Position numbers and translations under genes: made by a program. Under the pieces are notes generated by a model that worked only from the letters and a program-made list of their open reading frames with translations, was not told the origin of the DNA and did not search any database. From Prorocentrum cordatum (Eukaryota), in the NCBI GenBank assembly GCA_963575745.1, contig CAUYUJ010000231.1:1-64000 (forward strand): a stretch of 64,000 nt of DNA, given 5' to 3'. Shown here one piece after another: positions 1-12,430 of this stretch; within the stretch, counting starts at the first letter, position 1; each line of letters begins with the position of its first letter.

Positions 1-580
1 TCCTCCCCAGCCTTCTGAGATGTTGTCTGCGCCTCTGGAGAAGGCTTCGAATTCTTCTCAGAGGGCAGGGGGACTTCCGATCCGAGCCTTCTGAAATGGC
101 GCGCCCCTTCTCACTCCTCCCCAGGCTCGCCGCGGACTCTCGCCCCAAACCCCAGACCTTTCGAAGAACAATCAAGCTGCTCAGAGGAGGAGGGGACCTC
201 GGGGATAGTTGCACCCCTAGCGGTCTTTTCGTCTTTTCGGACGCACCATTGTCGAGGATGGGTGCCCCCTCCAATCGTACATCCCAGAGTTGGGCCCGAA
301 ATTCCTGGTCCACTCGAAGACCCCACGAAGTCGGGGATACGAGTCGACATGTCTTTTTGAGACGACCCAGGAGACCCAGACATCCGGCCGCTCCAATTTG
401 TTCGATGCGTGGGCCCCAGACGTCCGGACCACTTCCCCAGCACAGGCTGTTCCGTCCCGAGCCGTTTTGTCGACGCTCCCGAGGCCCAGCGATGTCCCCC
501 GCTGGCCCACAACTGCCCAAAGTCCCGCCGTTCCAGAATGTTTGGAGCGTCGGCTCTTCCCTTGGGAGGCGAAGCACAGT

Positions 581-735
581 GGGGGCCCATACCAAGAAGC
601 ACCCTGCTTGCCTCCAGGGTGCCCTGGGTTTCTTGGGGTTCGAGGATCTTGCGGCGGAAAGCGTGACGCTCCCACACCACAAATTAATGGACGCCTGTGC
701 TCTCAGGGTTGGGTCTCTTGTGGAAGGTTTCTTTC
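581..735. repeat. Dispersed repeat family (GGGGGCCCAT-CCAAGAA-CCCTGCTTGCCTCCAGGGTGCCCTGGG...)
   Basis: Copies at ~3531-3690, 46042-46140 and 50049-50200. Confidence 0.8.
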
Positions 736-2062
736 AGCCACGCGCAGAGGGGGGTGGGAGGAGGGGGGAGGGCTTCTTAGAAGCACCCCTGCTCCTTAGA
801 AGCCGCGGACCTGATCCATAGATGCAGGGCCGGCGCCGTCTAAGAAGCAGCCTCCTTCTAAGAAGCCCTCCCCCTCCCTCCACCCCCTTGTTAGGGGGCC
901 ACATGCGAACCCTGCCCCTACCCCCACGGTTTCTGAGGGGGAGGGTGGGGGTTCACTTCGCTCGAGAGCTCCCGAGCGAAAGTGAACCCCACCACCCCCC
1001 TCCAAATGTTGGGGGCAGGGGTAAGGGTTCGAATGTGTCCCAGTTACTTGGGCGCACGCCAAAATCTTGTGGACGGCCTCCCAAGTGTTATACTCCACTG
1101 ACTACAACCGCCCCCCGCCCTCCTCTACTACTCCTCCCTCCTCTCCTTCCTTATCCTCCCTCCTTCCCTCCCTCCCTCCATACCATCCCCTCCCTCCCCC
1201 CTCCCTCCACCCCCTTGTGCGCACCGCCAACTCTCGTGGACTGGCCTCCACCGTATCCTCTCCTTCCCCTTGCAGGACACGCCCCTGGGCCCGCGCGGCG
1301 CCCCTCGGGCGGCGCGGCGGCGCGCTGGGGGGGGGTCGATCCTCTTGCTGCCCCTCGATCCTCGATCCTCCTCGATCCTCCTCCTCGGCAAGGGGGACGA
1401 GTTCTCTGTCCAGCGCTTGTGCGTTCGTATTGGAGAGAAAAAGCGCATCCAGGCCATTGAGCCTGGCCCTAGACACCATGCATTGTAAAATTACCCTGCT
1501 CCACCGTCGGAGTCGCAAACGTGCCGTTGAGTCGCCTCGAGTCGTTTGCCCCGTTCGGAAGCCACCGAAGATCGGGCAGACAAATGTGGTCCCAAGTACC
1601 GTGCAACATGCACGGCAGTCCCTGGCAACATAGATGGTCCCTGGTAGACCGATTTAGTGTACTCGTCTGCCCTAGCACCACACATCTTACCAACGATTCA
1701 GACTTCCCAGGAGTGTGCTGCAGATTCCGTCCTGGCATATCCATGCGATTTCCTACGGAGGTCCACGGCATCTGAAAGCTGGTATGGTTTTCTGGAGTCG
1801 TCTGTGTAAGACTGTAAAGAAGTGTCCACGGTGCATCCCTCCTTCCCCACATCCTCTCGCACGCGTCCACCTCATGGACACTTGAACCACACGTGCATGT
1901 CGGGGCGGGCGGAAGTCGTCTCGTCCGGACACGCGTGGTACGGTGTCAGGAACCATGGGCCAGCGATGGAATCTCCTGGGAGGGTGCCGGTGACCTTGTT
2001 GTATATTCGGTCCCCCCTGTGGAATCGTCGATAACGGTGCACGGGTGCTCCAGACGTTGGCT

Positions 2063-2221
2063 TAAATCGGGCCTGTCCTTCTACATGCGGAATGTTCAAA
2101 AATAGTAGAAAATAGTCTGGGGACGATTTTGGGGTTATTTCTTGAATTTAGTTGGGGGTATTTCTGGGGTATTTGAAAAGTTCGTCCGAAATCCGCCTGT
2201 AGAGGGACATGCCCGACCTAA
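2063..2221. mobile_element. MITE-like family 1 (~155 bp, TIR TA[A/G]GTCGGGCNTGTCCCTCTACAGG), copy 1
   Basis: ~25-bp terminal inverted repeats around an AT-richer core. Other full or partial copies at ~3176-3331, 4048-4204, 5903-6060, 6191-6345, 31638-31710, 33550-33630, 35831-35984, 46660-46815, 48850-48917 and 59256-59420. Confidence 0.8.
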
Positions 2222-2771
2222 ACGTTGGCACATATGCTTGCGATCAACAGGATTACGAAACGCACGAGCTGCATACGGTTCCAGATCCTCGGCGCGGTCG
2301 CACATACCCACAAGCACAATTTCGGTTCGGCGTGTCGGCATCGGCGTATGAGTCGGAGCCAGCGTCTCCGTTGCTATTGCAGGAGGAGGTGGAGGAGGAG
2401 GATGGGGAGGAGGATGGGGAGGAGAGCAGGCGTACGAGGAGGAGGCGAAGGCGGATGAGGAGGGGGAGGAGGGGGAGGAGGAGGAGGAGGAGGAAGAGGA
2501 GGAGGAGGAGGAGAAGGAGGAGGTGGAGAAGGAGGAGGAGGAGGAGGAGGAGGGGGAGGAGGAGGGCGGCGAGAGATGGCGTCAGAGGCGGACCCAGACA
2601 TCCGACGTCTTGATGTTTTCAACACGGGGTCCCCCGAAGTACCGACCTCATCCTCAGGGCCGGCCTATCATCATCCGGAGTATTTGTTTGAGGGTCCCTG
2701 GGCCCTGCGAGAGCCACTGGAGGTCGATCACCACGAACAGCCCCCCTTTCTTTTCTCACCGACTCTTATGA

Positions 2772-2920
2772 TGTTCCAACCTACTTTAGCCTTGATCACC
2801 AGAACGAATCTCGAGCACCAAAACAGTACCGAAACTCTAGGGTTTGCACGTGTCGGGCCCTGGGAAGCGATACTTGTTCGACACTGTCTCGATACTTCCC
2901 TGGGTGCTCGAAATTGTTTC
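2772..2920. repeat. Dispersed repeat family (TTCCAACCTACTTTAGCCTTGATCACC...GTGTCGGGCCCTG)
   Basis: Copies at ~3920-4045 and 29848-29990. Confidence 0.75.
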
Positions 2921-3043
2921 TGGGATGTGGCCCTTCAGCACGATGGGAGCAGCATAACACGAATAGCCCCCTGTCTTGTTTCCCCGACGCGAGCACGTGT
3001 GGGGGGGAGGGCGGCGAGAGATGCGGCAGCCCTGGCGCGGCAG

Positions 3044-3151
3044 CACCTCCACTCGCAGAACGTCCTGCACCGCGACCTGAAGCCCGACAACATCTTCGTG
3101 GGCCCCAACGGCATAAAGCTGATCGACTTCGGGTCGGGCCACTGGGCGAAG
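3044..3151 (+). CDS. Host Ser/Thr kinase exon A (subdomains VIb-VII)
   Basis: HLHSQNVLHRDLKPDNIFVGPNGIKLIDFGSGHWAK; CAG acceptor, AG|GA donor. Confidence 0.9.
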
Positions 3152-3175
3152 GACCCCCCTCCTCGTGTTGTTGTT

Positions 3176-3331
3176 TAAGTCGGGCGTGTCCTTCTACGGG
3201 AGGAAGACTCAGAAATAGTCAAACAAATAGTCTGGGGACGACTTTTTGTTTATTTATGCGCATTTTTGGAATATGTTCGGACTATTTACGAATTGTCCGA
3301 AATCCACCTGTAGGGGGACACGCCCGACCTA
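3176..3331. mobile_element. MITE-like family 1 copy
   Basis: TAAGTCGGGCGTGTCCTTCTACGGG...CCTGTAGGGGGACACGCCCGACCTA. Confidence 0.8.
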
Positions 3332-5017
3332 AGTCTTGCTCACTCGCCTTCTGTGTGAGCTTCAGGGCCAATTTCAGCTCGACGTTTCCCCCCCTGGGCC
3401 GGTCCCCCCCCCCCTAGACGTTGCCCCTCGCCTCCCTGTCATCCTCCTTGCTTCTTCCTTGATCATCTCGCGTCGTGAACAACGTCGCGACTTACGTGTT
3501 TGGACGCTTTTCGGCACGTGCCATTACAATGGGGGCCCATGCCAAGAAACGCCCTGCTTGCCTCCAGGGTGCCCTGGGCTTCTTGGGTTTCGATGGTGTT
3601 GCGATGGACAGCGTGACGTTCCCGCACCAGAAATCGATGGACGTCCTGGGGTCTCAGGGTTGGGTTTCTGGTTGAAGGTTTCTTGTGGACGGGCCTCCAC
3701 TGTACCTCCTCCTCCTCCTCCTCCTCCTCCTCCTCCTCAAGGCGCCATGAGAGTCATCCCTCGGAGCCCCGCGCAGATTTCTCGCATCGGCGCCTGGGCC
3801 CCCCTGCTGGCACCTGCGGCGCCGCCCCTGGCGCGCTTTCCGTGCGACGGTGAGGCGGGTCCGGCGCGGATCCAAGAGATCCACGCGGAGCCACCAAGGG
3901 TTATATTTGTGCTTCTGAGGTTCCAACCTACTGTAGCCTTGATCACCCGAAGGAGCTTCGAGCACCAAGAGAAGTACCGAAACTGGATGGTGTGCCCGTG
4001 TCGGGCCCTGGGAGGCGATACTCGCTCGATGCTGTTTCGATATTTTCCTGTCGGACATGTCCCTTTACAGGGAGAATATTCTTAAACAGTCAAAGTCATG
4101 GGGACGTGTTTTTTTACGGTATGTATGGCTACCCTGGACCATCTTCTGACTATTTATATAAGTTGTCATCCTAGGTCCGCCTGCAGGGGGACACGCCCGA
4201 CCGAAACCGAAGCTTTTTATGATATGTATGCACTTCTTTGCTCCTCGACTGATGTCCTCGCGTGGTGAGAACGAATCATGACAGGCACTGCTAGACCGCC
4301 CTGGGCCTCTCCAGGCCCCCCCCGGGCCCCGGAGCGTTCAAACGGCGACTCAGGGTGAGAAACGGCCATCCGGGAAGGTGTGAAGGTCTTCGGGATCCGG
4401 GGATCCGCTCGGGGGCGGCAAAGAGGGGGGCGATGACCAGGGGGGGGGATATCGTGGCTTGGGCCATGATATTTCCCCAGATTTCATGGCGCCTCTTCTT
4501 ATTTCATTACGTCCCTGGCCCCCCCCCGCTGGGCCGCGCACATGCCGCCGGTCATGATTTGCACCCCCCCCCTCCTTGGACACCCCCCTCTTGGCCGCTC
4601 CCGATCCGCGACGTGAAGCGATCGCGACGTCGTATGCCTGGGTCCTGAGCTCAGCAGGGTGGGGCGGAGGGATCTGCTGTCTCCGCTCCTGTCAGGCGAC
4701 CTCTAGCATGGATTAAGGGGGCGTGGATAAGCGACGGGTCCCGTTTCCATGGGAAACCGCGGATTCCCGCCGCCGGACGAGGCGGCACCAGCCGCACTTT
4801 GGTGAGGGCACTTCCCCCGATCCGTGGATCTGGCGACCGCGCGCCAGATCCATGGATCGCTAATCCATGCTTGCGCGCCCCCGAGATGTGAAGCGATCAC
4901 GACGTCGTACGTCTGTGTCCTGAGCTCAGCAGGGGGGGGGGACGGAGGGATCTACTGTCTCCACTCCCAGGGCGGCTCTTCCCAGAAGGGGCAGTGCGTT
5001 GGATCAGGAGGGAAAGA

Positions 5018-5170
5018 AACACACAGACACAATTAATCGTCGATTCCCCAGAACAGATGGGAACACATGGGAAGTGGGGGGGAAGACAGAAACCCAGAAA
5101 ATATAAAAGAATATGGGGGATCCTGTTATTTGTGTGTATTTATTTGTGTGTCCCAGGGCCCCTTCAAGAA
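5018..5170. repeat. Dispersed repeat family (CACAATTAATCGTCGAT...TATTTGTGTGTATTTATTTGTGTGT)
   Basis: Copies at ~49258-49400 and 55620-55770. Confidence 0.75.
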
Positions 5171-5902
5171 AGCGGAGGGGGCGGGTCCAGCCGCGGGGGA
5201 TGTGCTTCTCCCTGCGATTCTTTTTGAGGGGTTCCTGCCAGCACTCTTCACAGCGCCCTGCCCCTCAGCAGCGCGGGCCGACTCCCTCGCGGCGCGCTCC
5301 GCGGACTCACAGCACCCCCCGACTTCCTCGCTGGCGTGCTCGCTCACGTCACGACGTCTTCGATCCAGAAGTCCAGTCGGCGACGGATCAAAAAGGAGGG
5401 TGGTGGAAGTGTGTAGGCCCGGGACGTGTTCATACTACGAGCGACGCAGTGCTCGTCTTCCTGGAGACGCCACCGAAGTTTGTTGAGGCACCCTTTGCAA
5501 ACGGGCACCCAGGAACGGGAGGATGAGGAAAAGCTCCAGGATCAGGAGCAGCAGCAACAGAAGGGGGGGCGCGGCAGGAGGGACGAAGGAGGATGAGGAG
5601 GACCAGAATACGGTAGGTTCATGCGGCGATGGCGCGCCAGCGACGCCGACGAAGGCGTTCAAGCTTGAACTCCCCATGATAGAACGACGCGGAAGCACTG
5701 AGGGGCACGGTAACGCCATAGGACCCGACGGAGTCCAACCTTGAACGATCGGGGTCGTGAGTGGTTCAGTGTTGAACGATCGATGTGGTATCAAGAACCG
5801 CGGCGCGCATCGACGCCGCGCGAATTTACCGTAAGCCCAAGATCGATCAGCGATGCTGCAATACATCCTCCCTTCCCATGCCCCCTTACATTCCTGTACG
5901 CT

Positions 5903-6060
5903 TAAGTCGGGCATGTCCCTCTACAGGGGGAATCTTCCCAAATAGTCAAACAATAGTCTGGGGCCGATTGTTCTACTATCTTCGACTATTTGGGGCTACT
6001 GTTTGAGTATTTTTCGGTTGTTCGTCCAAAATCCCCCTGTATGGGGACACGCCCGACCTA
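5903..6060. mobile_element. MITE-like family 1 copy
   Basis: TAAGTCGGGCATGTCCCTCTACAGGGG...CCCCTGTATGGGGACACGCCCGACCTA. Confidence 0.8.
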
Positions 6061-8649
6061 GCTGTGCGCTCTCCTCTCCGCGGCAACAGGTGCCCAGTGT
6101 TGAAAGACCAGCACCCCAGGGGCCTGCCAGTGCGAGCGAGGGCCCCGTTGTGATGGGGACCGGCGCTGCATCATGCTCGGGTATCGTATCGAGTCGGGCG
6201 TGTCCCTCTACAGGAGGCAACGTCAACAGTAGTCCAAGAAGAGCCTAGGGAAGATGATCTAACTATGTCTAAATATGTGTTGAGTATGTTTGACTAGCTT
6301 TATTTGTCGTCCAAAATCCACCTGTTGGGGGACACGCCCGACCTGAGAATAGTAGGGAATCAGGGATGTGATGATCATTCGGTGCAGCGAGGTGCCCAGC
6401 GAGATTGCCGTGTTTTGAGGCGTGACCGCACCGCAGATGTGCGGTGCGTCTGTGACGAGTGTGGGCGACGCCACGGCGCGAGCCGCCTTTTGAAGACTAC
6501 CCCCTGGTGAGGCGGGTGCGGACGCTTGAGACGAAACTGCCAGACTCTAAGGCTTGAGCCGCGTTTTGAAGACGACAGCCGCTCCAGACGTGATGCCGCG
6601 GCAGACTTCTGTGACGGATGCGCACGTCGCTGAGCCAAGAGCCCCCCTGTGGAAGGCCACAACCCATCCATGTCTCGAGTTTGTGAAAGCTGTGAGGGCG
6701 AATGCTCGGTCAAGTTTGAGGATCTGACGTGGTGAGGACGCCTCAGGCGAAACGCCCGGTCTGCCTACCGACATGCCTTGGGGTGCGACAGGGAAGGGTT
6801 GTCCGTCAGGAGAGGTCACCACCAACCAAACCACACCAACCCAACCCAAGGCCTCAATGTGCCCTCCATTTCCAGTGTGGGTGCGGGGAACTTTGAAAAA
6901 AAAACACATGGACCCCGCACCCACCCAACCCGAATTTCGAGCGAAACTCTGGTCTTCGGGTTGTCAAAAGGATGGGGGAGGAGGAGGAGGAGGAGGAGGA
7001 GGAGGAGGAGGAGAGGATGAGGCGTATGGGGGTGGTCTGGTGGGTAGTCAAAAGGATGGGGGGGACGGGGAAGGCGGAGGACTCGTCCCGAGAGGGGGAC
7101 ACGAGGAACTGGGAGGGAGGAACGCGGCACAGGGGGGAGGAGGAAGGACGAGGAGAACGCACGGGGGCCTTGAGCCGCCCCCCTTATCCGGCTGCGTTTT
7201 TAAAGCTCCAAGCGCGAGGGCCAACATGGCTGCGGGAGGAAGAAGGAGGAGGAGGAGGAGGAGGAGAAGGAGGAGGAGGGAGAGGAGGAGGAGGAGGCAG
7301 GGGGAGGGGGAGGGGGAGGGGAGGGGGAGGGGGAGGGGGAGGAGGAGGAGGAGGAGGAGGAGGAGGAGGAGGAGGAGGAGGAGGAGGAGGCATGTGAAAG
7401 CGCTGCAGAAGTGCGCCCAGTTGCCAGGGGGGCAATCTGCGTAGTTCATCATGGGGATGATAGAGTACGGGCTTGGGACGACGCGCCGGGGTGCAAGCTC
7501 GATCCAGAATCACGTCGAAGGCGCGGGTGGTGGAGGTGGAGCAGTTCAAGCAAGTGCATGAGGAGGAATACTGCGATGTCACCTTCAATGTGCCTGTAGG
7601 CACGAGGTGGATGGACATGGGCAAGGCCGACGTGGTTGACCCAGAATACCGGTCCCGCCTAGTGGATCAGCGAGTCAAATACAGCTCCAAAGCCAGGTTT
7701 GCGGCCACCCTTCCAGTGAAAGCGAGCGAACTGCTTTTCTCCATGGCAGTTCTGGAGGGGCGAGGGATAGCCGAGGGGGGCGCGAGGAGGGGCTCGGGTT
7801 TGGGCTTCTAGATGTTAGGCGCGCGCACTTCTATGCCGAGACCAAGAAGAACATCTCCACCCGCTCGTGGAGAAAAGATCGAGCACCAGACGTGCGTGGG
7901 AGATAATAGAAGTCAATGCGTGGAACCAGGGGCGCCGCCAGAAATTGGGGAGATTGGCGTATGGAACTCGCACGCGACATTTTCTTTGACAGCGGGGGCG
8001 TCACCATGCGCGTTGGAACGTAGGACAAGGCGAATCTGGCGAATGGTTCATGGGTGCGTTTTCCGTATGGGGTAACGATGTCGTTCTTGACTAGTTCGAA
8101 GCAAACACGTACTCGAACTCGAAGTCCAGGGCAGGCTTTGACCTGGACCACAAGATTTGATGTCGACCCGCAGTCTTAATCGCGCTGCGGAATGGAAACA
8201 GAGTGGGCGATGGCGCGGGACGCCTCAGAGGCACGCTGAGATACTTGTCCACGACGCAGGCCTGGAGCAGTGCAAGGTGAGGTGCGGGGTGCCAAGTGGA
8301 GAGCTACCTTGCGACGAAGAACGCAGTTTTGCTCAGAAGCGACGCGCTGGGCGTTGTTTGCCGTTTAGAATTTGGGGTTTTTGACGAGCTGGAAGCATTG
8401 AAAACAACGCTTCGCGTGTTTTCAGCGCTACGAGTACTTGCCCCATGTCTCCGCTCGCCGTCGTCGCTCTCGCCCCCCACCTCCCGCCGCCCACCCGCCG
8501 CCCCCGCTCCGCGCGCAGAGCGCGCCGCTGAGGGCGCCAGCGAAACGCCTTGGCGCCTGTCTAGCGCCGGCGCGGAACAGGCCCCGAGGCCCCGCGACCA
8601 GCCAGCAACGGCGGCGCGCGAAGAGAAAAATAACGCCCGAGAAACTGTA

Positions 8650-9510
8650 GGGTGGATTGGGCGCAAGGGGAAGAAACTGAGCACGTGGTAGACAGAAAAG
8701 TGAAACAGCTCAACCGATTGATCGTACATTGTCTTACAAGCGGCGTTCGAAACGCCAAGTTGTTTCTGCGAGCTTCCACTTTATATTCAGGGCATACGCG
8801 CGCCCGACTCACGGTTTCCAACGCGCCGAGCTCAAAGTGGCAATGAAACGACCAGGGCAGATGCAAGAAGAACCAGGAGGAATAATATTTGGAACCCTTC
8901 CGAAGTTAAGACATGCCGAGTTTTGGGGCAGGGCGAGTTATCTGGCACAGGATCGCCCGGAGTTGCAGATTCCAGCCAAGGCGCATGCACGTCACATGTC
9001 AGCCCCAACCCGAGTAACCCAAGGGGCATGAGGCAGTTCAGAAACGTTGGTTAAGTTCCCGAAGAACCACAACAGATGTGGGTACCAGCGTTTATATCAA
9101 GAGCGCCCGATGGAGTTAATTGCGCGGGCAAACACAGGCCAGGCACGTTGCAAGAGAGCACGGGGATCAGTGAGCGGAGGTACATGGAGCACCTTTTTTA
9201 AAACACTGGAGTTCGAACCGCAGTGTGGCTGTGCCATCGCATGAAGGAGCGGAATGTATCGGAACGGTTAAAGACTCAGTAGGTTGCAGGTTGCAAGCGT
9301 TTCCCAGGTGTCTTGAAGTTGAGTATCGCATCTCGTTAAAGAGCGATGCGGATGCAGCCAAAGCCACTGCGAGCAGGCGCGGATAGGTGCAAATCAAAAA
9401 CGCTGAAGTTTGCCAGTTGCGGTTGCAAGAGAAATGCAGACGGGGAGACGTACAAGTGTTCAAAGTAGGAACCCATGCGACCTTGCAGATGCTCTCACTA
9501 GTTACATGCT
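8650..9510 (+). pseudogene. Heavily decayed fragment of a different copia element (RT C-terminus / RNase H)
   Basis: Read across frames: VKQLNRLI, RASYLAQDRPELQIPAKAHARHMSAPT, RGSVSGG, SDADAAKATASRRG, and a LADALT-like end. Multiple stops and frameshifts. Confidence 0.7.
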
Positions 9511-10604
9511 AGTCTGTGAGCAGGGGCGGTACGTCCATGCGTATGCTAGGTACGAACCAACGCCTTGTTCACGGAAGGCACAGGCGGGCACCCGCTTCGG
9601 AGTGGCAGCTCAATCCAGATTTGGTTTATTATCGCGAGCCGACTTGCCGAGGACTTGAGCTCACGATCAATTGAAGACCGGTTGCTCGTCTGCGCGAATT
9701 CAAATTTGTATTACACATAACATCAAGCATATTGCATGCCTCTGTGCTCTGCGAAACTTAAATCGTGGATCGCGTGTCAGGATACCCTTGCACGTTTACG
9801 CTCCAATCGTAGTCGCCGTGTTTTTTGTACCAGTAACGCTTTCACTCATTTCATTGTACAAGTTGGCTTGCGAGGATGGGGTCCTGGCTTCGCTGCGCTG
9901 CCCAGTTGTTTCACACCCGCCCCTTACCCTGACGATTTTGCTGTGTACATTTCGCCCGTCTCCACATTCGGCTTATCAGCTGAAAAGGAGCGTGTTCTGT
10001 TTTAGCGTTCCGATTTGGTGGGCAGGCGCACTACTGTAGCGTAACACACACCAGTTTTGTATAACGTCGTGCAGCGAAACGGGTACCCCGGTAACGGGCG
10101 ACACGCCCACGTCACCCGTTATGCCTTGTTTTCTGCAAAATGTGCGGTGGCCACTTGCCGTTCCGTTCAAGTTCATATCGCCTCTTGTTTAAAACAATGC
10201 CAATTAATCGGGGCAGTGGGAGGAAGGAGAGGAGAAAGAGGAGGAGGAGGAGGAGGAGGAGGAGGAGGAGGGAGGAGAGGAGGGGAGGAGGTGTTGGAGG
10301 AACAGGAGGAGAGGGAGGAGAAGGAGGAGGAAGATGAAGAGGAGGAGGAGATTAGGAAGAGGAGGAGGAGGAGGAGGAGGAGGAGGAGGAGGAGGAAGAG
10401 GAGGAGGAGGAGGAGGATTAGAGGAGGAGGGGGAGGAAGAAGAGGAGAAGGAGGAAGAGGAGGAGGAAGAGGAGGCGGAGGAGGAGGAGGAGGAGGAGGA
10501 GGAGGAGGGGGAGGGAAGCGAGTGAGAGACGCGGGTTCGGACGGCGTGCCTCTTTTGCTGTCGTCGCGCTGGTGGGCGAGCCCCGCCCAGTGCCCCCGCC
10601 AGAG

Positions 10605-10635
10605 GACGGGCCGCTGGAGGCGAGCAAGTTCATCG
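10605..10635 (+). CDS. Host kinase exon B (activation loop)
   Basis: DGPLEASKFI+G; AG acceptor, G|GA donor. Joins A and C in frame to give DFGSGHWAKDGPLEASKFIGTVQTMAPE. Confidence 0.78.
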
Positions 10636-11086
10636 GAAGGGGCCAGGGGTTCACGGCGCAGCCTAGCTTTTATCAGAGGGAGCGAACAAATGGAATTTAG
10701 GCGCGTGGAGTAGCGGTGGGTCCCGTTTCCATCGCAGCACGAGGCGGCACCAGCTTCAAAGTTTGAAGGGTACCGTTCCCAGTCCGTTGGTTCCTCCTCT
10801 CCTTGGGCTTTCCTGGGAGCCTTTTTGGGGGTTTCTTGGTGACATATTTGGGTTGCTGGAGGGTTTGGGGGGAACCTGTTGGGGCGTCACGGGCCTTGTT
10901 CGGGCGCTCTTTGGAACCGTCCCGTCTGGCGCCTTTGGGGGGCCGTCGTGGGGGCATCTCTGGGTCGTCTTGGTGCCTTTGGGGGCCTCCAAAGGCTGTC
11001 CTGGGGGCTTCTTGGGCCATCTTGGAGAACACCCGGTCTCTCTTGGATCTGTTTCGGAAAAGCATTGGGCCACCTTTCGGGCCCTC

Positions 11087-11093
11087 CTGGGCC
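11087..11093 (+). repeat. Left target-site duplication CTGGGCC
   Basis: The same heptamer occurs at 27490-27496. It extends to 9 bp (CTGGGCCAC) if the LTR starts at 11096. Confidence 0.85.
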
Positions 11094-11375
11094 ACTTTAA
11101 ACGGAGAAGGTTAAAGGCGATGTATATATCGAGCATGCACCGCTGCCGTGCCTGGCTCAAGCCGGGCCCGGCCAAATATGTGACTGTGCCTCACCGAGGC
11201 GCACGACTTGTATCTGAGATCGGCAATACCTTTTCCATTGAAGATGCCCCCTCTATCCTTTACTCCAGATCCCATGTTTCGTCTCGCTCTCTTGCTCATG
11301 CGATATGAGCCAAAGCCCGGGATATGGGAACGCTTGAAGCGTAACACATACCTAAGCTTACCAGTGCGTTTTCGA
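11094..11375 (+). repeat. 5' LTR (282 bp)
   Basis: ACTTTAAACGGAGAAGG...GCGTTTTCGA. Matches 27207-27489 with 5 substitutions and one 1-nt indel by manual comparison. TATA-like TGTATATAT near 11121-11129. Confidence 0.95.
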
Positions 11376-11377
11376 TT

Positions 11378-11392
11378 TGGTAGCGGAGCTGG
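11378..11392 (+). promoter_or_regulatory. Primer binding site, probably for initiator tRNA-Met
   Basis: TGGTAGCGGAGCTGG lies 2 nt after the LTR end. TGGTAGC is complementary to the ...GCUACCA 3' end typical of eukaryotic tRNA-iMet. Confidence 0.8.
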
Positions 11393-11825
11393 CTACACTC
11401 TCGTGTGGCTGGCTCTCGCTCTGATTCCTGTAATCCACGGCACAACTTGGTGGACTACTACTACGGTGGAATACCATGTTGCGCCGGCTCTGCGAGGAGC
11501 GGAGCCAGTCCGCGATCGAGCCAGCGGGGCGACCCGCGAGCTCGAGACGCTCTCTCCTACTTCACTGCGCTACTTCACTCTCGACTTCCACCAAATGCCA
11601 ATCGGCAACTCGATCGAGAACGTGGTCACCCTGCGGGGCTACCCGCAGCGGGGCCACCTGCATCCCGTGCCAGTCAGACGCCTCACGGCTACTACGCCAG
11701 AGCCTGACAAACCACAGCCTAAACCAATCACCGAAGCCGAAATGCACATGCACTGGATTAAGATAACTATCTTCGGCATTCTATGGGTAATAATGGGATG
11801 TGCTGTGGGATACATGCGGCAGGGG

Positions 11826-12430
11826 ATGGACGACACGCGTACTACCGGCCCTTCGTGGGACCCTGCCGGTACTACGCCTTTTCGCGAATACGTTCGCGAA
11901 GTACATGCATGGATAAACGTAACGAGCGGCAATATGACGCCACCTCAACAAGCTGCAGCACTACAACGAGGCCTTCAAGGTCTTGCTCGTCGTATCGCCA
12001 TGCAGGTCCCCTCCCAGATCATCAACTATGGTGTAACTGTCAACGGACAGCCAACGGATGCAGTTACTTATATACTGTACCTATTGAGCACCAAATTTGA
12101 AAATCTGGAAGATGAGCGCCAGCTCAACTCTGGCACTGCCCTTATCGAATTTCGCGTCGAAAGGGGCGAGCGAATCGACTCAGTGTTAGCTTGATTCGAG
12201 ATGGCCCGTGACGAGGCTAACTCTGTTGGCTTTGTCATCCCCAACTTTCAGATCCTAACGCTGATCCTTTTCAGAGCGTTAGGCGTTGGCGCGTCTCGAG
12301 CCCAACACCTGCTGGAGCCCTTTAATCATCAGATGCCCAGAACACAAGCAGACTATGACAGGCTGCTGACCAGGATGAGGAACTACGGACATGTTGCCGA
12401 GCGCTCTCCTGGCAACATTGCGGGTATCTT
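11826..12430 (+). other. Gag capsid-like region
   Basis: GPSWDPAGTTPFREYVREVHAW...QQAAALQRGLQGLAR...IEFRVERGERIDSVLA(R)FE is a retrotransposon Gag-like helical pattern, upstream of a basic RGKG-rich tract and the Zn knuckle. Confidence 0.7.

Noticed and set aside
1470..2060. Higher-complexity stretch with short ORFs on both strands
   Set aside because: I found no recognisable motif or splice-compatible kinase exon.
2576..3178. 200-aa ORF as a complete kinase gene
   Set aside because: Only 3044-3151 is kinase-like; the upstream part translates a dispersed repeat.
12192..12194. TGA in gag as programmed readthrough or selenocysteine
   Set aside because: The context TGA-TTC is not a leaky one and I see no adjacent stem. 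It interrupts the capsid-like region where Arg (CGA) fits, so a mutation is simpler.
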